The notes beneath the pieces are model-generated. The model did no database searches and was not told the origin of the DNA. It worked only from the letters and a program-made list of their open reading frames with translations. Below, piece by piece: positions 30,758-38,596 of a stretch of DNA of 64,000 bases. A program made the translations under genes and the position numbers. Position 1 is the stretch's first letter; each line of letters begins with the position of its first letter. The DNA lies in the NCBI GenBank assembly GCA_964016885.1, contig OZ024743.1, positions 142,414,001-142,478,000 of the forward strand, given 5' to 3'. This DNA comes from Eledone cirrhosa. Taxonomy: Eukaryota.

Positions 30758-30974
30758 ACAGCCAGATCTGCCTTTCTTTACCCCTCCCAAGTCTCTTCCC
30801 TCTTCTCCCCCTACTGTCCTCTACAGCCTGATCTGCCTTTCTTTACCCCTCCCTAGTCTCTTCATTATTCAGTTTTGTTTTTATCTTTCTAAAACATCCT
30901 AGTTTTAATGAAATTAAAAGGAAATAGCAATCGCTATAAGTGTGCAAGCCAGCATGTAACTTCATGTGTGTGTG

Positions 30975-31620
30975 TTTTTAATGGAGTTTTTAATTGAGTT
31001 TTAATGGAGTTTTAATTAAGTTTATAATGGAGATTTAAATGGAATTTTTAATTGAGTTTTAATGTAGTTTTAATGGTGTTTTATGCCGTTTTAATGGTAT
31101 TTTAATGGGGTTTTTATTTGGTTTTTTATAAAGTTTTGGGTGCGCTTTTAATAGGGGTTTAATGGGTTTTCAGTGTAGTTTTTAATGACATTTTTAATGG
31201 TTTTCCAATGGAATCTTAGTGGTGTGTTAATGCAATTTTAATTGGTTTAATGGGCTTTTAATTGTGTTTTTAATGGTGTTTTAATTGAGTTTTTAATTGC
31301 GTTTTTATTGAGTTTTTATTTCGGTTTAAATTTGAGGTTTTAATGTCTTTTCGAGGGGGGGGGGTTAATGGGGGTTTTAATGGAGTTTTAATGGGGACTT
31401 TTAATGGAAACTTTAATTTTGTTTTAATTGGGTTTTTATGGGTTTCCAATGTGGTTTTTAATGGCGCTTTTATTGGCATTCTTAATGATGTTTTAATTGT
31501 GTTTTAATGGGGGGTTTGGTTGGGGTTTTAATGGAGTGTTTTATGAGCTTATAATGGCGTTTTTAATGGGTTTTTCAAAATAGATTTTTAATTGAATTTT
31601 TAATGTGGTTTTTAATGGGA
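30975..31620 (-). repeat. Degenerate 10-11-bp satellite block, T orientation (TTTTAATGG/TTTTAATTG-like), present in every unit
   Basis: Repeating gttttaatgg, gtttttaattga and tttttatgg motifs. These are the reverse complement of the motifs in the A-rich block. Confidence 0.93.
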
Positions 31621-31622
31621 TT

Positions 31623-31669
<47 letters not shown>

Positions 31670-31732
31670 GTGTGTGTGTATATATATATATATAGTGTGT
31701 ATGTATATATATATATATATATAGTGTGTGCG

Positions 31733-31762
<30 letters not shown>
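31621..31762. repeat. Compound (TA)n/(TG)n microsatellite
   Basis: (TA)n runs interrupted by three tagtgtgt motifs. Length varies between units. Confidence 0.93.
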
Positions 31763-31764
<2 letters not shown>

Positions 31765-32158
31765 ACACAAATATTAGCATATACATATTTTCTTAGTAAT
31801 TGAGGATGTGTTTTTTATACATACATATGCATATTGCATCCATACATACACACATACAAGTATATACATACACATACACACACATATATATACACACACT
31901 GTATATATATACATACACACACACACATATATATATATACACCACACACTATATATATATATAGTGTGTGTGTGTATATATATATGTGTGTGTGTGTGTA
32001 TGTATATATATATATACAGTGTGTGTATATATGTGTGTGTGTATGTCTATGTATATGCTTGTATGTGTGTATGTATGTATGTATGCAATATGCATATGTA
32101 TGTATAAAAACACATCCTCAATGACTAAGAAATTATGTATATGCTAATATTTGTGTTA
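31763..32158. repeat. ~396-bp spacerless near-perfect palindrome (foldback/MITE-like), copy 1
   Basis: The left arm taacacaaatattagcatatacatattttcttagtaattgaggatgtgttttttatacatacatatgcatattgca is the reverse complement of the right arm tgcaatatgcatatgtatgtataaaaacacatcctcaatgactaagaaattatgtatatgctaatatttgtgtta, with 2 mismatches and a 1-nt indel. Inner (CA)/(TA) tracts mirror (TG)/(TA) tracts around a central (TA)7 at 31950-31963. Confidence 0.96.
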
Positions 32159-32353
32159 GTGTCTATATAAATGTATGTATGTAGTATATGCAAGTGTTCG
32201 TGCAAATTGAAAATAGATTTAATAATTTTAATATCTAGAACAATGTGATCTAAAAAAATATTTTTAAAGATACGAATATATCGTTGTCACCTTAATATGG
32301 CACTAACGCAAAATATAAATCCCAGTTTATATATAGTGTGTAACATGAAAGTG

Positions 32354-32356
<3 letters not shown>
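32159..32356. other. ~200-bp non-satellite AT-rich segment conserved in every unit, function unknown
   Basis: Higher-complexity sequence gtgtctatataaatg...gtaacatgaaagtggaa. No recognisable ORF or tRNA fold. Confidence 0.8.
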
Positions 32357-32394
<38 letters not shown>

Positions 32395-32525
32395 ATATAT
32401 ATATATATATATATATATTTAATATATATATATATATATATATATATTTAATATATATATATATATATATATATTTAATATATATATATATATATATATA
32501 TTTAATATATATATATATATATATA

Positions 32526-32560
<35 letters not shown>

Positions 32561-32588
32561 ATATATATATATATATATATATATTTAA

Positions 32589-32628
<40 letters not shown>

Positions 32629-32762
32629 ATACACATATATATGTGTAAATATATATATACACATATATATGTGTAAATATATATATACACATATATATAT
32701 ACACATATATATGTGTAAATATATATATATACATATATATGTATGTATATATATATATATAT
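32357..32762. repeat. Compound microsatellite [(AT)nTTTA]m followed by repeats of the 18-bp palindrome tacacatatatatgtgta
   Basis: (AT)n runs punctuated by ttta about every 20-30 bp. The palindromic 18-mer occurs at 32630, 32658 and 32700 (four copies in units 3 and 6). Confidence 0.93.
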
Positions 32763-35700
32763 AAACACCATTAAAAACTCCATTGAAAAGCTCATAAAAA
32801 CTCATTAAAAACCCAATAAAAAGCACACTAAACCACCATTAAAAGCTACATCCTAAACCCATTAAAAACTATATTAAAACACCATTAAAATTCCATTAAA
32901 AACCACATTAAAATCCATTAAAAATCCAATTAAACACAGTAAAAACTTAATTGTAAACGTAATCGAAAGCGCAAGTAAAACAACATTAAAACCATTTAAC
33001 ACCCCATTAGAACCCACAAAAATACCACCAGAACCCATTAAAATCCCATAACCGCCATTAAAATTCCATTAAAAATATTATCAAAAACTTCATTTAAAAC
33101 ACACTGGAAACCCATTAAACTTCATAATTCTCGTTAAAAAAAATCCATTAAAAACTCAATAAAAAACCCAATTAAAAGGCCATAAAAGAAACATTAAAAC
33201 AGCATTTAAAATACCATTAAAAACGCCATAAAAAACATTAAAATCCCATTAAAAATACATTAAAGGCCCATTAAAAATTCCACTAAAAACCTCATTGAAA
33301 ACCCCATTTAAAACCTAATTAGAAGCTCATAAAAACTCCCAAAACCCAATAAAAAAACCATTAAAACGTCATTAAAACGTCATAAAACGCTATTAAAACG
33401 TCATTAAAAATGTCATTAAAAACTCCATTGATAACTCAATTAAAAACTGCATTTTACCCCCCTCCTCCCCCATTAAAAACACATTAAACACTCCATTAAA
33501 ATTACCATTAAAAACCAATTAAATACTCCATTAAACACTATATTAAAACCGCAATTATAAATTCTTTAAAAATCCAATTAAAAACCATATTATAAACTCC
33601 ATTAAAAATCCAATTAAAAACCCTACTGAAAATCCCATTATAAAATTACATAAAAAACCCATAATAATAGTCCTTAAAAAAAACAATTAAAAATCCTATT
33701 AAAACGCCATAAAAAACACCATTAAAACGTCATTAAAAATACAATTGAAAACACCATTAAAAACTACATTGCAAATTCCATTAAAAGACCCATTAAAAAC
33801 TCCATTAAAAACACCACTAAAAAGTCCATTAAAAAGCTCATAAAACCCATTAAAATACAATTAATAACCAATTAACACTCCATTAAAAACCATTACAACC
33901 GTCATTAAAATGCCATAAAATACCATTAAAACGCCATTAAGAACGCCATTAAAATCGTCATTAAAAACCTCATTAAAAACTACATTAAAACTTCATTAAA
34001 AACTCCATTAAAACCTCCATTATAAACTCTATTAAACTCCATTAAAAACTCAATTAAATCCCCCATTAAACCCCCATTAAGCCCCATTAAAAGCCCCTGA
34101 AAAATGCAACTAAAAACCAATTTTAAAACCCCATTAAAACACAATTAAAATTCCATTGGAAACCCCATTAAAATTCCATTAAAAATTCATTAAAAACTTA
34201 GTAAAAACTCGATTTTATACTCAATTAAAAAGGTAATTGAAAACTCAATTAGCACACCATTAAAAACTCATTAAAAAGCCCATAAAAACTCCATAAAAAA
34301 TCTAATTGAAAAACATTAAAAATTCAGTTAAAAACCTGATTGAAAACCCCAATAAAAGTTCATTAAAAAAACTCCATTAAAAAATCAATCAAAACCCCAT
34401 TAAAATAACATTGAAACTTATCGAAGCGTCATTAAGGATACCATTAAAAAACACCATTAAAACGGCATTGAAAACCCATTATAAAAAATTAAAGGGTCCG
34501 TAAAAAACACCATTATAAATCCATTAAAAACCTAATTGAAAAAACCCATTAAAAATCAATTTTTAAACTAGATTAAAAACGCAATTAAAAACGCAATTAA
34601 AAGCTCAATGAAAAACCATTAAAAACACCATTAAAAACTCTAAAAAAAAGAGCACTAGCCATTAAAACTCCATTAAAACCCATTGAAACCTACTACCCCA
34701 TTAAACCCCATTAAAATTGCATTAAACACATTACACATCCATTAAAGCCCATTAGAAGGACCATCAAATATTTAAATTTAAACTAAATCAGAAACTCGCT
34801 TAAAACACCATTAAAAACACATTAAAATGTCACTAATACCATTAACAACCACACCAAAAACTCCATCAATATACCATTAAAAACCGCATTGAAAACCCAT
34901 AAAATCCCAAGTAAAGATCTTTTAAAAAACTACATTAAAAACCCAATTAAAAAACCCATTAAAACGCCATAAAAGTCATTAAAACGTCATTTAAAGTACC
35001 ATTAAAAACGTCACTAGAATCCCAATTAAAAACACATTAAAAATTCCATTTGAAACCATATTAAAAATTTCATTAAATGCAATATTGAAAAACCCATTAA
35101 AAACACCAGTGAAAACTCATATAAATACTCAATTAAAAAACCAATTAAAAATCCTATTTAAACGTCACTAAAACACCATAAAAAACACAATTAAAACGTC
35201 ATTAAAACACCATTAAACTATCATTAAAAATTACATTGAAAACACCATTAAAATTCAATTAAAACCCCATTAAAAATCCATTAAAAAGATCATCATGAAC
35301 GCACTTAAATACCATCAAAAACGCATTAAAAATTAAATTAAAAAGCAATTAATTTTTTTTATCAAACCCCCATTAAAATTCCATTAAACACTCCATTAAA
35401 AACAACATTGAAAACCCCCATTAAAAGCTCATACAAAATTATATTAAAAACCCAATAAAAAACAATTACAACGCCATTAAAACATCATAAAAACTCATTA
35501 AAATGTCATTTAAAATGCCATTAAAACCCTCACGGGGGGAAACGCAATTAAAAACACCATTAGAAATTTCATTAAAAACTCCATTAAAAATCATATTTAA
35601 AGTCAATTAGAACCCTTATTATAAATTCCATTAAAACCCATTAAGTATCCAATTGAAAAATCCATTAAGAGCTCATTAAAAATACTCCATTAAAAACCCA

Positions 35701-36023
35701 ATTAAAAATCATTAAAACGCATTTAAACACCATAAAAACACAATTAAAACGCCATTAAAAAGACCATTAAAAACTCCATTAAAACATCCTTGAATCTATT
35801 AAAAATTTCATTAAAAACGCAATCAAAAATTCCATTAAAAACCCATTTAAAAACTCATAAACAACACCATTGAAAACCCAATTAAAAACTCCATAAAAAA
35901 CCCATCAAACACCATCGAAAATCCCATTAAAACACCATTAAAAAGCCATTAAAACCCAATTTTAAACGCAATTAAAAACTGAATTAAAACACTATTAAAA
36001 ACTCATAAAAAAAGGCTCATAAA
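32763..36023 (+). repeat. Degenerate 10-11-bp satellite block, A orientation (CCATTAAAAA/CAATTAAAAA-like), ~3.3 kb. Equivalents at about 38735-41980, 44929-48563, 51433-54683, 57580-60827 and 63781-64000
   Basis: Continuous ccattaaaa(a)c, caattaaaaa and cataaaaa monomers. Monomers are diverged from one another but nearly identical between 6-kb units. Confidence 0.95.
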
Positions 36024-36486
36024 TAATGGGGTTTTCAATTGTTTTTTATGAAATTTATAATATGGCTTTTAATGAACTTTTTAATGGGCTTTTAGTGGAG
36101 TTTTTAATGGATTTTTATGGAATTTTTAATGACATTATTAATGGTTTTTTAATTGGGCTTTTTGTGATGTTTTAATGGCGTTTTTATGACATTTTATTGT
36201 GTTTTGTGGCGTTTTAATGGCGTTTTAATTGGTTTGTTATTGGGTTTTTAATAGAGTTTTATGAACTTTTAATATGGGGTTAATGGGTTTTGAATGTGTT
36301 TTCAATGGAACTTTTAATTGAGTTTTTAATGAAATTTCTAATGGGATGTGTAATTGAATTTTTAATTGGTTTTTAATGGGTTTAGTGGGTTTATAGTGGA
36401 GTTTTTAATGGTGTTTTAATGGTGCTTCGATTGAGTTTTTAATTGAGTTTTTAATTGAGTTTTTACTGAGTTTTTAATTGAGTTCT
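36024..36486 (-). repeat. Second T-orientation block of the same 10-11-bp satellite
   Basis: Abrupt switch at ggctcataaa|taatggggttttc to ttttaatgg motifs. The junction is the same in all five full units. Confidence 0.93.
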
Positions 36487-36655
36487 TATTTTATTTTATT
36501 TTATTTATTTTTTATATTTAATTTTTTTTTATTTTTTTTTATTTTATTTTATTTTATTTTATTTTATTTTATTTTATTTTATTTTATTTTATTTTATTGA
36601 GTTTTTAATTTAGTTTATAATTTAGTTTATAACTTAGTTTATAATTTAGTTTATT
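36487..36655 (+). repeat. (ATTTT)n microsatellite followed by a 12-bp (TTTAGTTTATAA)-type repeat. Equivalents start near 42420, 49027, 55147 and 61267
   Basis: The ATTTT tract is about 110 bp in unit 1 and about 325-350 bp in units 2-5. The 12-mer has about four copies, but only two in unit 3. Confidence 0.94.
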
Positions 36656-36658
36656 TCT

Positions 36659-36789
36659 CCCTCTTCTCCCCCTACTGTCCTCTACAGCCAGATCTGCCTT
36701 TCTTTACCCCTCCCAAGTCTCTTCCCTCTTCTCCCCCTACTGTCCTCTACAGCCTGATCTGCCTTTCTTTACCCCTCCCTAGTCTCTTC
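36659..36789 (+). repeat. Two-copy 65-bp pyrimidine-rich direct repeat at each unit boundary (also near 42824, 49389, 55558, 61676; 5'-truncated at 30758)
   Basis: ccctcttctccccctactgtcctctacagcc[a/t]gatctgcctttctttacccctccc[a/t]agtctctt occurs twice with a 65-bp period and two A/T differences. Confidence 0.95.
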
Positions 36790-37548
36790 ATTATTCAGTT
36801 TTGTTTTTATCTTTCTAAAACATCCTAGTTTTAATGAAATTAAAAGGAAATAGCAATCGCTATAAGTGTGCAAGCCAGCATGTAGCTTCATGTGTGTGTG
36901 TTTTTAATGGAGTTTTTAATTGAGTTTTAATGGAGTTTTAATTGAGTTTATAATGGAGATTTAAATGGAATTTTTAATTGAGTTTTAATGTAGTTTTAAT
37001 GGTGTTTTATGCCGTTTTAATGGTATTTTAATGGGGTTTTTATTTGGCTTTTTATAAAGTTTTGGGTGCGCTTTTAATGGGGGTTTAATGGGTTTTCAGT
37101 GTAGTTTTTAATGACATTTTTAATGGTTTTCCAATGGAACCTTAGTGGTGTGTTAATGCAATTTTAATTGGTTTAATGGGCTTTTAATTGTGTTTTTAAT
37201 GGTGTTTTAATTGAGTTTTTAATTGCGTTTTAATTGAGTTTTTATTTCGGTTTAAATTTGAGGTTTTAATGTCTTTTCGAGGGGGGGGGGTTAATGGGGG
37301 TTTTAATGGAGTTTTAATGGGGACTTTTAATGGAAACTTTAATTTTGTTTTAATTGGGTTTTTATGGGTTTCCAATGTGGTTTTTAATGGCGCTTTTATT
37401 GGCATTCTTAATGATGTTTTAATTGTGTTTTAATGGGGGGTTTGGTTGGGGTTTTAATGGAGTGTTTTATGAGCTTATAATGGGGTTTTTAATGGGTTTT
37501 TCAAAATAGATTTTTAATTGAATTTTTAATGTGGTTTTTAATGGGATT

Positions 37549-37615
<67 letters not shown>

Positions 37616-37678
37616 GTGTGTGTGTATATATATATATATAGTGTGTATGTATATATATATATATATATAGTGTGTGCG

Positions 37679-37710
<32 letters not shown>

Positions 37711-38330
37711 ACACAAATATTAGCATATACATATTTTCTTAGTAATTGAGGATGTGTTTTTTATACATACATATGCATATTGCATCCATACATACACACA
37801 TACAAGCATATACATACACATACACACACATATATATACACACACTGTATATATATACATACACACACACACATATATATATATACACCACACACTATAT
37901 ATATATATAGTGTGTGTGTGTATATATATATGTGTGTGTGTGTGTATGTATATATATATATACAGTGTGTGTATATATGTGTGTGTGTATGTCTATGTAT
38001 ATGCTTGTATGTGTGTATGTATGTATGTATGCAATATGCATATGTATGTATAAAAACACATCCTCAATGACTAAGAAATTATGTATATGTTAATATTTGT
38101 GTTAGTGTCTATATAAATGTATGTATGTAGTATATGCAAGTGTTCGTGCAAATTGAAAATAGATTTAATAATTTTAATAATATCTAGAACAATGTGATCT
38201 AAAAAAAATATTTTTTAAGATACGAATATATCATTGTCAGCTTAATATGGCACTAACGCAAAATATAAATCCCAGTTTATATATAGTGTGTAACATGAAA
38301 GTGGAATATATATATATATATATATATATA

Positions 38331-38399
<69 letters not shown>

Positions 38400-38497
38400 A
38401 TATATATATATATATATATTTAATATATATATATATATATATATATTTAATATATATATATATATATATATATTTAATATATATATATATATATATA

Positions 38498-38532
<35 letters not shown>

Positions 38533-38558
38533 ATATATATATATATATATATATTTAA

Positions 38559-38596
<38 letters not shown>

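Larger units (their letters stand above)
30758..36683. repeat. Composite ~6-kb macrosatellite, copy 1 (5926 bp)
   Basis: Starts at acagccagatctgcctttc (30758) and the same anchor recurs at 36684. The identical ORF at 31270 and 37196 gives the same 5926-bp offset. Confidence 0.97.

Noticed and set aside
146-30790. Long ORFs (up to 882 aa) encoding (APSTKHQ/TPNTKHQ)n on + and (LVLGAWC/LVFGVWC)n on -
   Set aside because: Artefact of a stop-free 7-mer. Because 7 is coprime to 3, every frame gives the same heptapeptide, and ORFs overlap in all six frames. There are no unique domains or codon-position bias. I cannot exclude repeat-derived translation, but nothing here supports it.
31763-32158. Palindrome as a sequencing fold-back chimera
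   Set aside because: It recurs in six units with the same arm-to-arm mismatches and different left and right flanks, which a random read artefact would not reproduce.
36655-36755. Polypyrimidine tract plus CTACAG resembling a 3' splice acceptor, present twice
   Set aside because: No downstream exon-like ORF or matching donor context. The resemblance follows from the pyrimidine skew of the 65-bp repeat.
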